Below, piece by piece: positions 25,373 to 33,376 of a DNA stretch of 59,209 nucleotides. The DNA is from Aristaeellaceae bacterium (GTDB taxonomy: Bacteria > Bacillota > Clostridia > Christensenellales > Aristaeellaceae). The notes beneath the pieces are model-generated. The model saw only the letters and a list, made by a program, of their open reading frames with translations, made no database searches and was not told the origin of the DNA. Within the stretch, counting starts at the first letter, position 1; the number at the start of each line of letters is the position of its first letter. The position numbers and the translations under genes are program-made. The DNA is taken from NCBI GenBank assembly GCA_051883835.1, contig JBJEUL010000176.1:1-59209 (forward strand), read 5' to 3'.

Positions 25373-26137
25373 ATGGACGGAAGCAGGGCGCAACGGTGGC
25401 TGGCGGTGGCGGTGGTCGTCACGCTGGCGGTGGGGACGGTGGTGGCGGTGCTGGCAGCCCGGCGGTCAGCAACACAAGAGACATCACCCACACCTGCGCA
25501 GGCAACAACGGCCCCGGAGCCGCTGCCACTGACCGGCTGGGTCATTCTGGTGGACCCGGGTCACGGCGGCTATGACGGCGGTGCCAGAGCCCGCAGCAGC
25601 GGCGTGTGGGAGAAGCATATCAACCTCTCTGTCGCACTGGAGGTCGAAAAAAACCTCGTCGCCCGGGGTGCATCCGTGGTGATGACCCGACGGACAGACG
25701 AGGATTTGTGCGAGGAGGAACGCCCCGCCGCCCTGACGAAAAAACGGCAGGACATGCAAAACCGCGTGGCCATTGCCGTCAACAGCCACGCGGATATGGT
25801 GCTATCCATTCATATGAACGAGTACCGGGACAGCCGTCAATCCGGCCCGCAGGTGTTCTATCGCCAGGGCGCGGACGCGGGACGGCTGCTGGCAGGCTGC
25901 TTGCAGGCTGCGCTCATCACCGGCCTGCAGCCCATCCGGGAGCGTCAGGCCATGGCGGGTGACTACTTCATCCTGCAATTGGAGGTGCCCTCCGCCCTGG
26001 TGGAGTGCGGGTTCATCTCCAACCCGGCGGAGGAAAAGCTGCTGCTCACGTCCGAGTATCAGGCGCGTCTGGCACAGGCCATTGCCGATGGGGTGGAGGA
26101 ATATGCCGCCCTGTGCCCCAAGGCCGACACCCTTTAG
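25373..26137 (+). CDS. cwlD: N-acetylmuramoyl-L-alanine amidase, CwlD-like (Amidase_3)
   Basis: N-terminal TM anchor, VILVDPGHGGYDGGA, LSIHMNEY, ALVECGFISNPAEEKLL. AGGAGG 8 nt before ATG 25373. Confidence 0.78.
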   Translation: MDGSRAQRWLAVAVVVTLAVGTVVAVLAARRSATQETSPTPAQATTAPEPLPLTGWVILVDPGHGGYDGGARARSSGVWEKHINLSVALEVEKNLVARGASVVMTRRTDEDLCEEERPAALTKKRQDMQNRVAIAVNSHADMVLSIHMNEYRDSRQSGPQVFYRQGADAGRLLAGCLQAALITGLQPIRERQAMAGDYFILQLEVPSALVECGFISNPAEEKLLLTSEYQARLAQAIADGVEEYAALCPKADTL

Positions 26138-27285
26138 CCCTTGCGCCGGTTGCGGCCAGGTTGGCTGTAATAGGCATTCTTCTCCTTGTACATTTCATGG
26201 TCTATCCGGTTCATGAATTCGTCCATGGTCTGTGTTTTCAGGTCAAGGATGGCAAAGCCCATGGCGGCAGAGAGCCGGTAGGGCATGGAATTGGTGCGGT
26301 TGAAGTCCGCAAAAGCCTGATGGGCTTCCTCCATGAGCTGCTCCACGCGCAGCGTATCGGTAATGTTGAGCAGAACAATGAATTCATCCCCGGCATAGCG
26401 CATGACCACACCGTATTCGCCAAAGATGCGGTTGAGAATATCACCCGTGGCAATCAGGGCCGCATCGCCCATGGAATGGCCGAATTGGTCATTGATTTGC
26501 TTGAAGTCGTTCAGGTCAATCATGATGCCGGAGACATAGGTTTTCTTCTTTTTCTGAATCTCCTGCTGCAAGAATTCCAGATATACGCGGTTATGCAGGC
26601 CGGTCAGGCGGTCGGTGAAGATGACCTCGTTTTTCAGCGCGCTCATGACACCGGCCATGGCCACCGCCACCGATGGCCAGCCAATGGTCAGCTCCGTGAA
26701 GAGCGTCTGCACGATGGTGCCAGTGAGAATCGGCACCAGAAACACATACACCGGGAACACCCGCAGCATGCCTACCTTGGCGCGGCACTTGATGTACAGG
26801 TACAGGCTGTCACCCAGTGCAAGGAAAATCACACAGGTAAAGAACCAGAAGCCGCCGGCGCGCGCATACACATTGTCTTGCGCACTGAACACGCAGGGAT
26901 AGAACAGATTCACGGCCAGCAGCGCACAGGACAGGATGAGCAGGAACACATACATATGCTTGCGCTGGTTCGAAAAAGGAATGCTCAGATGGATAATGAT
27001 GAACTTGACCCACGTCAGGCTGGTCAGAACGTTCATCAGAAACAGCAAGGAACCGCACACATACAGCAGCACCGTATTGGACATGCCGGGCTGGCCGTCG
27101 ATACAGGCCAGCGTGAGGTCTGCCACGCAGGCCACCAGGGTCATCCACAGCATACGTGTCACCAGCCGCATGTCCCGGTGCATATGCGGCCTGCGCTGGT
27201 TGCTGAAATACAGGGTTAAAACCAGCATGACTCCGATCAGATCAGCCACCAGAATCGAGGAAGCAACGGTCGTTGTCATGGGCAT
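26134..27285 (-). CDS. Membrane-anchored diguanylate cyclase (GGDEF domain, AGDEF variant)
   Basis: About 6 TM helices, then TGLHNRVYL ... DLNDFKQINDQFGHSMGDAAL ... RYAGDEFIVLL. Confidence 0.85.
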   Translation of the reverse strand: MPMTTTVASSILVADLIGVMLVLTLYFSNQRRPHMHRDMRLVTRMLWMTLVACVADLTLACIDGQPGMSNTVLLYVCGSLLFLMNVLTSLTWVKFIIIHLSIPFSNQRKHMYVFLLILSCALLAVNLFYPCVFSAQDNVYARAGGFWFFTCVIFLALGDSLYLYIKCRAKVGMLRVFPVYVFLVPILTGTIVQTLFTELTIGWPSVAVAMAGVMSALKNEVIFTDRLTGLHNRVYLEFLQQEIQKKKKTYVSGIMIDLNDFKQINDQFGHSMGDAALIATGDILNRIFGEYGVVMRYAGDEFIVLLNITDTLRVEQLMEEAHQAFADFNRTNSMPYRLSAAMGFAILDLKTQTMDEFMNRIDHEMYKEKNAYYSQPGRNRRKG

Positions 27286-27336
27286 AGTCTCCTTAGTCCA
27301 TAGGATGTGACCAATCGAATCGTTCTATTCACCAGT

Positions 27337-28260
27337 TTACAGGATGGCTCCATGGCTTGTCAAGCCCTTCAGGAAGGCATCGGGCAGGGGTGCGGTAAAG
27401 GTCATGCGCTCACCGGTGACGGGATGGGTGAAGGTGAGGGTATAGGCGTGGAGCATCAGCCGGGGCACCTTCGCGCCCCTGGGGCTGCCATAGATGGGGT
27501 CGCCGCATACGGGATGCCCGATGTGCTTCATATGCACGCGGATTTGATGGGTGCGCCCGGTGAGGATATGCACGTCCAGCAGCGTCACGCCCCGGCCCCG
27601 GGCCAGCACCGTCCATTCGGTGATGGCTTCCCGGCCCTCGGGGTCAACGGCCATTTTCTTGCGATCCTTTTTGCTCCGGGCAATGGGGGCCTCGATGCGT
27701 CCGCTGTCCTCCTTGATGAGGCCGTCCACCAGGGCGCGGTAATGCTTCTCCATCTGCCGCTCCTGCAATTGACGGCTCAGGGACAATTGCGCTTCGTCAT
27801 GCTTGGCCACCAGCAGCAGGCCGGAGGTGTCCTTGTCCAGCCGATGCACAATGCCCGGGCGCAGCTCGCCCCCGATGCCCCCCAGGCTGTCCAGATGATG
27901 CAGCAGGGCATTGACCAGTGTGCCGTCCTCGTTCCCGGCGGCAGGATGCACCACCATGCCGCAGGGCTTGACCACCACAGCTAGGTCATCATCCTGATAC
28001 AGGATGGTCAGTGGGATGTCCTCCGCCAGGGGAATGGCAGGCTTGGGTGCGGGAATCAGCAGGCGTACCGTTTGCTGCGCGGTGGGCTTTGCGCCGGTCT
28101 TGGTTTCGGGCCTGCCGTCCACGGTGACATGGCCCTCGTCCATCAGCGCGGCAACACGGCTGCGGGTCAGGCCGCTGTGCTGGGCCAGCAGTACGTCAAT
28201 GCGGCGGCCATCGCCCAGGCATTCAATCAGCTGTTCTTCAGGGGTCGGCATGATGTGCAT
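27337..28260 (-). CDS. rluD: RluA/RluD-family 23S rRNA pseudouridine synthase
   Basis: S4 domain at the N-terminus, catalytic HRLDKDTSGLLLVAK, GRTHQIRVHM. Confidence 0.9.
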   Translation of the reverse strand: MHIMPTPEEQLIECLGDGRRIDVLLAQHSGLTRSRVAALMDEGHVTVDGRPETKTGAKPTAQQTVRLLIPAPKPAIPLAEDIPLTILYQDDDLAVVVKPCGMVVHPAAGNEDGTLVNALLHHLDSLGGIGGELRPGIVHRLDKDTSGLLLVAKHDEAQLSLSRQLQERQMEKHYRALVDGLIKEDSGRIEAPIARSKKDRKKMAVDPEGREAITEWTVLARGRGVTLLDVHILTGRTHQIRVHMKHIGHPVCGDPIYGSPRGAKVPRLMLHAYTLTFTHPVTGERMTFTAPLPDAFLKGLTSHGAIL

Positions 28261-28702
28261 CGCTCCAGTCTTTGGGATGAAACAGCAGGGAAAAAGTCAT
28301 CAATATTCCCCCCACTGTGATGGCCGCGTCCGCCACGTTGAAAATGGCAAAGCGGAACGCCAGCACCTCGAACATATCCACCACATAGCCGCGCAGCAGG
28401 CGGTCGAGCATGTTCCCCGCCGCACCGCCCAGCAGCAGCATGGCCGCCACGCTGGGCAGCGGCCCCAGCCGGTAGCGGTGCAGCACGAGCAGCCCCGCCA
28501 CAATCACCCCGGCCGAGAACAGCCCCAGCAGCCAGCTTTGCCCGCTCAGCAGGCTGAAGGCCATGCCGGTATTCTCCGCATAGGTGAAGGCAAGCAGCCC
28601 GGGCAGTAAAGAAAAGGTGGCCCGCCAACGGCCAGCCAGCATTTTCACGGCCTGATCCACGGCCAGCACCAGCAGTGCGATCCAGCCATAACGTCGCAGC
28701 AT
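28238..28702 (-). CDS. lspA: Lipoprotein signal peptidase II
   Basis: 154-aa 4-TM protein with YAENTGMAFSLL and FNVADAAITVG aspartyl-protease motifs. Overlaps the rluD start. Confidence 0.88.
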   Translation of the reverse strand: MLRRYGWIALLVLAVDQAVKMLAGRWRATFSLLPGLLAFTYAENTGMAFSLLSGQSWLLGLFSAGVIVAGLLVLHRYRLGPLPSVAAMLLLGGAAGNMLDRLLRGYVVDMFEVLAFRFAIFNVADAAITVGGILMTFSLLFHPKDWSDAHHADP

Positions 28703-28705
28703 ATC

Positions 28706-28990
28706 CTACTCCAATCTGCTCTGAACAATGGCCACAATCTGTGCCAGAAAATCCCCGATGACCGGGAGATTCTTCTGGGCCAGGGCTTGCAGGATGATGA
28801 CCAGCACCGCGCCCAGGATGGTAAAGCCCACCGCCATGCCCATGCCCCGGAAAAGTCCGCCCAGGAACTGTGTCCGCATCAGCCGCCGGGTATCCTGGGC
28901 ATAGCGCAGGTATTCCGCCAGCTGAAGCTGCTCCAGCGCGTGCAGGTATTCTTCCATTCTTTTCGCCATGAGGCGGTGGTTCTCCTTCAT
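28706..28990 (-). CDS. Small membrane protein (DUF5665-like), first gene of the lspA-rluD operon
   Basis: 94 aa. LAEYLRYAQDTRRLMRTQFLGGLFRGMGMAVGFTILGAVLV...LPVIGDFLAQIV. The family name is from memory only. Confidence 0.5.
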   Translation of the reverse strand: MKENHRLMAKRMEEYLHALEQLQLAEYLRYAQDTRRLMRTQFLGGLFRGMGMAVGFTILGAVLVIILQALAQKNLPVIGDFLAQIVAIVQSRLE

Positions 28991-29087
28991 GCGCAGTCCT
29001 CCCGCTCGCTGGATAATTTGTGCCTGCGCAGTTCAATCTATACATCAGGCATTCCCCCTTGCGGCATGCTTTTCATGAAGCTTTAAC

Positions 29088-29116
29088 TTGCCGCAGGGCA
29101 GCAAGTATGCTATACT
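29088..29116 (+). promoter_or_regulatory. Putative promoter of the flippase-like membrane protein gene
   Basis: TTGCCG (29088-29093), 17 nt, TATACT (29111-29116). Confidence 0.4.
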
Positions 29117-29152
29117 GTTGCCACATCCGAGCAAAAGAAACGAGGAGGCATC

Positions 29153-30193
29153 ATGAAGCCGGCAACGAAAACCATCCTGAATTTTGCGCTGATTTTCGGC
29201 ACGCTGGCGTTGGTGCTGCTCATCGGCGTTAACGGGCAGGAAATGTCCGGCGCGGTGGAGGCCCTGCGCTCCATCGGCCCGAAATGGATTGCCCTGTGCA
29301 TCGCGGCCTATCTGGCCTTTATCACCTTCGATTCGCTGAGCCTGTATTATTTCCTCCGCTGCCAGGGGCAGCCAATCACCTTCCGCTATGCCATGTTCGT
29401 GACCGTGCTGGGGGCGTACTATTCCAACATCACCCCCGGTGCCACCGGCGGACAGCCCATGCAGGTCTATTACCTGACCAAGCGGCGCGTCCCCATCGGC
29501 GTGGGCACCTCCGCGCTGACGGTGAAGCTGTTCTGCTTCCAGTTTATGCTGGCTGTGCTGGGCACGGTGCTGTGGGTGGCCAACGGGCCGTTCATCCAGC
29601 AGCAGGTCGGCTCCCACATGTGGATGCTGATTGTGGGGTATGTGTACAACTGTTTCACCGTGCTGATGGTGGTGTTCATGGCCCTGAACAAGCGGCTGGT
29701 GCGCTTCATCATCCGGCAGGTGATTCGCCTGTGTACATGGCTCCGTCTGTGCAAGCACCCCGCGGCCACCCGGCAGAAATGGGAGGAAGTGCTGTGCAAC
29801 TTCCATGACAGCATCATGCTGCTGGTGCGCCGCCCCACGAACCTGATTGCGCAGCTGCTCCTGGCCGCCGGCCAGCTGCTGAGCCTGATGCTGGTGATCT
29901 GCTTTGTCTATTCCGCCTTCCGGCTGCAGGGCGTGAGCAGCTGTCAGCTGATTGCGCTGGGCGTGATGCTCTACACCTCCGCTGCCTACACGCCCCTGCC
30001 CGGTGCCTCCGGGGCGCAGGAGGGTGTCTTTGCGCTGTACTTCGCGCAGGTGTTCCCCGATGGTATTCGACTGATGGCCTTGCTGCTGTGGCGGTTCTTC
30101 ACCTACTACATATCGCTGATTGTGGGCGCGGTCATCACGGTGGGCCATGGCATCCAGTCGGCGCGGCAGCGGCATCTTGAGAAAAAAGCCTGA
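29153..30193 (+). CDS. Lysylphosphatidylglycerol-synthase-TM / flippase-like (UPF0104) membrane protein
   Basis: About 8 TM helices. SNITPGATGGQPMQVYYL and PLPGASGAQEGVF motifs are typical of the LPG_synthase_TM family. Confidence 0.72.
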   Translation: MKPATKTILNFALIFGTLALVLLIGVNGQEMSGAVEALRSIGPKWIALCIAAYLAFITFDSLSLYYFLRCQGQPITFRYAMFVTVLGAYYSNITPGATGGQPMQVYYLTKRRVPIGVGTSALTVKLFCFQFMLAVLGTVLWVANGPFIQQQVGSHMWMLIVGYVYNCFTVLMVVFMALNKRLVRFIIRQVIRLCTWLRLCKHPAATRQKWEEVLCNFHDSIMLLVRRPTNLIAQLLLAAGQLLSLMLVICFVYSAFRLQGVSSCQLIALGVMLYTSAAYTPLPGASGAQEGVFALYFAQVFPDGIRLMALLLWRFFTYYISLIVGAVITVGHGIQSARQRHLEKKA

Positions 30194-30215
30194 GCATGGT
30201 ACACGGTTCCTGTTT

Positions 30216-30268
30216 CCATGAAGAAAGCCTGCGGACATGGAGTCCGGCTTTCTTCATGGTATTTTTTT
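30216..30268 (+). terminator. Intrinsic terminator after the flippase-like membrane protein gene
   Basis: 14-bp stem CCATGAAGAAAGCC/GGCTTTCTTCATGG followed by TATTTTTTT. Confidence 0.7.
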
Positions 30269-30410
30269 GTACGAAAGGCGTTGTTTTTAGGGGATGCATG
30301 CAGCGTCACGCCGCACGACACGGAACATGTGGCGTGGGGGACGGTGCGGCTTTTCAATCGAGGGGGGATGTGGTATACTGGGTTCAGGATGGAAAGAAAG
30401 GATTTGGGGT

Positions 30411-31259
30411 ATGAGCAAGACGAAGGAACGCATCAGGGACAGCCAGCTGCGCTATAAGCAGGGGCTGGGGCAGAATTTTATCTATGATGAAGCCTTGCTG
30501 GCGGCACTGGCGGAGCTGTCCGGCGTGACGGCGGAGGACGATGTGCTGGAAGTCGGGCCGGGCGCAGGGTCGCTGACCCGGTATCTGTGCAGCAGGGCGC
30601 ATCACGTCCTTTCGGTGGAGCTGGATGAACGGCTCATTCCGCTGCTGGAAGCGTATATGCGCGAAGCCGACAATTTCACCCTCATGCAGGGCGATATCAT
30701 GCAGCTGAACCTCCCGCAGGTCACGGAGCCGCTGCGCAAGCCCTTGTCCGTGGTGGCAAATATTCCTTATTATATCACCACGCCGCTCATCAACCTGCTG
30801 CTCACCTGCGGCTTGCCCCTGAAACGGCTGGCCCTGATGGTGCAGAAGGAGGTCGCGGACAAGATTCTCGCCGCTCCCGGGGACGAGGGCTGGGGCATGC
30901 TGGCTGTGCGCTGCCAATACCACTGCGCGCCGTATCTCGCGCTGGATGTCCCTGCCAGCTGCTTCACCCCGCAGCCCAAGGTGGACAGCGCGTTCATTGT
31001 CCTGCCGGTGCGCGATACGCCTGCTGTGCAGGTGCTGTGCGAGGAGGACTTTTTCCGTGTGGCTGCTTCCGCCTTTGCCCTTCGGCGCAAGACCATGACC
31101 AACAATCTGTGCGCCACCTTCCGCATGACGCGGGAGCAGGCCGTGACCCTCATGCATACCGCCGGACTGGATGAGCGCGTCCGGGGCGAAAAGCTCACCC
31201 TGCAGCAGCTGGCCGACCTCGCGGATGCCTATACCCGCTGGAAGGAGGGGCAAGCATGA
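30411..31259 (+). CDS. rsmA: 16S rRNA (adenine1518/1519-N6)-dimethyltransferase
   Basis: KQGLGQNFIYD, VLEVGPGAGSLT SAM motif, VANIPYYITTPL. Confidence 0.92.
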   Translation: MSKTKERIRDSQLRYKQGLGQNFIYDEALLAALAELSGVTAEDDVLEVGPGAGSLTRYLCSRAHHVLSVELDERLIPLLEAYMREADNFTLMQGDIMQLNLPQVTEPLRKPLSVVANIPYYITTPLINLLLTCGLPLKRLALMVQKEVADKILAAPGDEGWGMLAVRCQYHCAPYLALDVPASCFTPQPKVDSAFIVLPVRDTPAVQVLCEEDFFRVAASAFALRRKTMTNNLCATFRMTREQAVTLMHTAGLDERVRGEKLTLQQLADLADAYTRWKEGQA

Positions 31260-31735
31260 CCATCGCCCGCTTTGAGCATGTATCCCCCCGGCAGTATGAG
31301 CAGGACATGCACCTGCCGGATGCCCTGCCCGTGGCGGATATCCCGCTGCCGCGCCGCGCCACACAGGGCAGCGCAGGGTACGACTTCACCTGCCCCGCTA
31401 CCGTGACCCTTGCACCGGGGCAGCAGGCCGTCATCCCGACGGGGGTGCGGGTCAGCATCGCGCCGGGGTGGGTACTGCTCAACTGTCCCCGCAGCTCGCT
31501 GGGGCGCAGGCACGGCATTCGCCTGGCCAATACGATTGGCGTGATTGACAGCGATTACTATGGTGCGGACAACGAGGGCCATATTCTGGTCATGCTGGTC
31601 AACGGCGGCGACCACAGCGTGACCATTGCCCGGGGCGAACGCTTCTGCCAGGGCATCTTCGTCCCCTTCGGCCTGGCCGAGGAACCCGAGGTACTAACCC
31701 AGCGCAGCGGCGGCTTCGGCTCCACCGGCACATAA
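31256..31735 (+). CDS. dut: dUTP diphosphatase
   Basis: GSAGYDF, GVIDSDYYG, RSGGFGSTG motifs. 4-nt overlap with rsmA. Confidence 0.85.
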   Translation: MTIARFEHVSPRQYEQDMHLPDALPVADIPLPRRATQGSAGYDFTCPATVTLAPGQQAVIPTGVRVSIAPGWVLLNCPRSSLGRRHGIRLANTIGVIDSDYYGADNEGHILVMLVNGGDHSVTIARGERFCQGIFVPFGLAEEPEVLTQRSGGFGSTGT

Positions 31736-31736
31736 C

Positions 31737-31845
31737 CTCCAAGGAACCGCGCCAGCGTCGAAGGGGTCAAGGGGCGATGCCCCTTGTTCGGTAGCAGGGG
31801 TGAAACCCCTGCGCAGGGCTGGGCGGCAGCCCAGCGCAACATGTT
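31737..31845 (+). repeat. Multi-hairpin intergenic repeat, copy F (module 1 only, truncated)
   Basis: Begins 2 nt after the dut TAA and ends after CCCAGCGCAAC. Inter-hairpin spacer variant GTTCGGTAGC, similar to the GCTCGGTAGC variant of copy H. Confidence 0.85.
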
Positions 31846-31896
31846 CGACCACCCTGTACCCCCATTGTTTTTTTGTGCCATGGGGAATCCGATTTC

Positions 31897-31925
31897 TTGA
31901 CAAGCATGGCGGGGTATGATATCAT
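31897..31925 (+). promoter_or_regulatory. Putative sigma-A promoter of the M20 / peptide-ABC operon
   Basis: TTGACA (31897-31902), 17 nt, TATCAT (31920-31925). Confidence 0.5.
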
Positions 31926-32187
31926 TTGTCCAGCCTTCGGGCGAGTATGACCAAAGACAGGGGGCGCAAGGATGTTCATGTTGATGAACGAGATGTGTAC
32001 GCGCATGGGCACACAGCGGCTTTGCGCAGAACCTGGTCATGCCCGTTTCTGAACCGGAAACAGACTGACCCAGACAGATGAACGGATCGCGCAAAGCGAT
32101 GATGCTGTGCTGCAAAGCAGGCATCACGCCTTTGCGCTTTTTCTTTGGGCAAAGCCCGCTCATTTTCTCTGCACGGAGGTGATTGAC
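31926..32187 (+). promoter_or_regulatory. About 260-nt 5' leader with a Met-rich uORF (31972-32052) and a terminator-like hairpin (32112-32146)
   Basis: The uORF encodes MFMLMNEMCTRMGTQRLCAEPGHARF. Complementary 8-mers: CTTTGCGC (32020, 32130) and GCGCAAAG (32089), plus GCAAAG (32112). A T-run follows at 32138-32146. Confidence 0.4.
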
Positions 32188-33342
32188 ATGCCCCAGCAAA
32201 CGCTTGCCCAGCAGCTCACCGAAACCTTCCACTATCTCCACAGCCACCCGGAAACCGCCTTTGAGGAGAAGCTGACCACAGCCCATCTCCGCCAGCGGCT
32301 GACGGAGGCCGGCATCACGGTGCTGGACTGCGGCCTGTCCACCGGCCTGATTGCCCGCATTGACGGCGCAAGCCCGGGCCGCGCCATCGGCCTGCGGGCG
32401 GACATTGACGCACTGCCCATTCAGGAGGAGGCCGAGCTGGACTACGCATCCGTGTTCCCGGGCAAAATGCACGCCTGCGGCCATGATTTCCACGCATCCA
32501 GCGTGCTGGGCGCGGCCCTGCTGCTGCATGCGCGGCGGGAGCAGCTCAGCGGCTGTGTGAAAGTCGTTTTTCAGCCCGCCGAGGAAGTGGACGGCGGCGC
32601 GGGGCTGATGCTGGACACCGGCGCGCTGGATGACTGCCAGTGCTTCCTGGGAGCCCATACCTACCCCGGCTTCCCGGCAGGCACCGTGGGCATCAAGGAA
32701 GGCCCGGTCATGGCGGCGGTGGACCGCTTCGCACTGACCATTCGCGGACGCGGCTGCCACGGTGCCCAGCCCCACAAGGGCCTTGACCCCATCGTGGTGC
32801 AGGCGGCACTCATTCAGGCGTTGCAGACCATCGTCAGCCGCACCCTGTCGCCCTTCTCCCACAGCCTGGTCAGCGTCACCCGCGTCACGGCGGGCAATAC
32901 GTGGAACGTCATTCCCGAAACCGCCCTGCTGGAAGGCACCGTCCGCACCATGGAGCCAGCGGAGCGCGTCCGGGTGGAAAAGCAGTTCCGGCAAATCGTC
33001 GAGGGCGTGTGCGCCGCCTATGGCGCAACAGCGGAGCTTGACTGGCAGCCCGGTTCCCCCGCCGTCATCAACGACAGCCGCCTGTGTGCGCTGGCCCGCC
33101 GGGTCGCGCTGGGCAGCGGCCTGAAGGTCGACCGGCAGGAGGATACGCTGGGCGGCGAGGATTTCTCCCAGTACCTTCAGGGCAGGCCCGGCGTGTTCGT
33201 GCGCATCGGCACAGGCGGCGCGTATCCGGCCCATCATCCCCGCTTCACTGTGGATTCTGCCGCGCTCTGGCCCGCAGCCTGCTACCTGGCCGATTTGGCT
33301 CAGGCATGCCTGGCCGAGGGTGACGCGGCGTTCCCTCAATAA
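32188..33342 (+). CDS. M20-family amidohydrolase (N-acyl-L-amino acid amidohydrolase / hippuricase-like)
   Basis: LHSHPETAFEE, LRADIDALPIQE, MHACGHDFH, FQPAEE, GGEDFS motifs. GGAGG 8 nt before ATG 32188. Confidence 0.88.
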   Translation: MPQQTLAQQLTETFHYLHSHPETAFEEKLTTAHLRQRLTEAGITVLDCGLSTGLIARIDGASPGRAIGLRADIDALPIQEEAELDYASVFPGKMHACGHDFHASSVLGAALLLHARREQLSGCVKVVFQPAEEVDGGAGLMLDTGALDDCQCFLGAHTYPGFPAGTVGIKEGPVMAAVDRFALTIRGRGCHGAQPHKGLDPIVVQAALIQALQTIVSRTLSPFSHSLVSVTRVTAGNTWNVIPETALLEGTVRTMEPAERVRVEKQFRQIVEGVCAAYGATAELDWQPGSPAVINDSRLCALARRVALGSGLKVDRQEDTLGGEDFSQYLQGRPGVFVRIGTGGAYPAHHPRFTVDSAALWPAACYLADLAQACLAEGDAAFPQ

Positions 33343-33376
33343 ATCCCCCCAAAAATACGCAAGGAGGTTCCCCATC

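Noticed and set aside
31926-32187. Assigning the M20-operon leader to a named riboswitch or T-box class.
   Set aside because: I found no T-box sequence (UGGNACCGCG-like) and no SAM-I, lysine or other consensus by eye. It is reported only as an unclassified leader.
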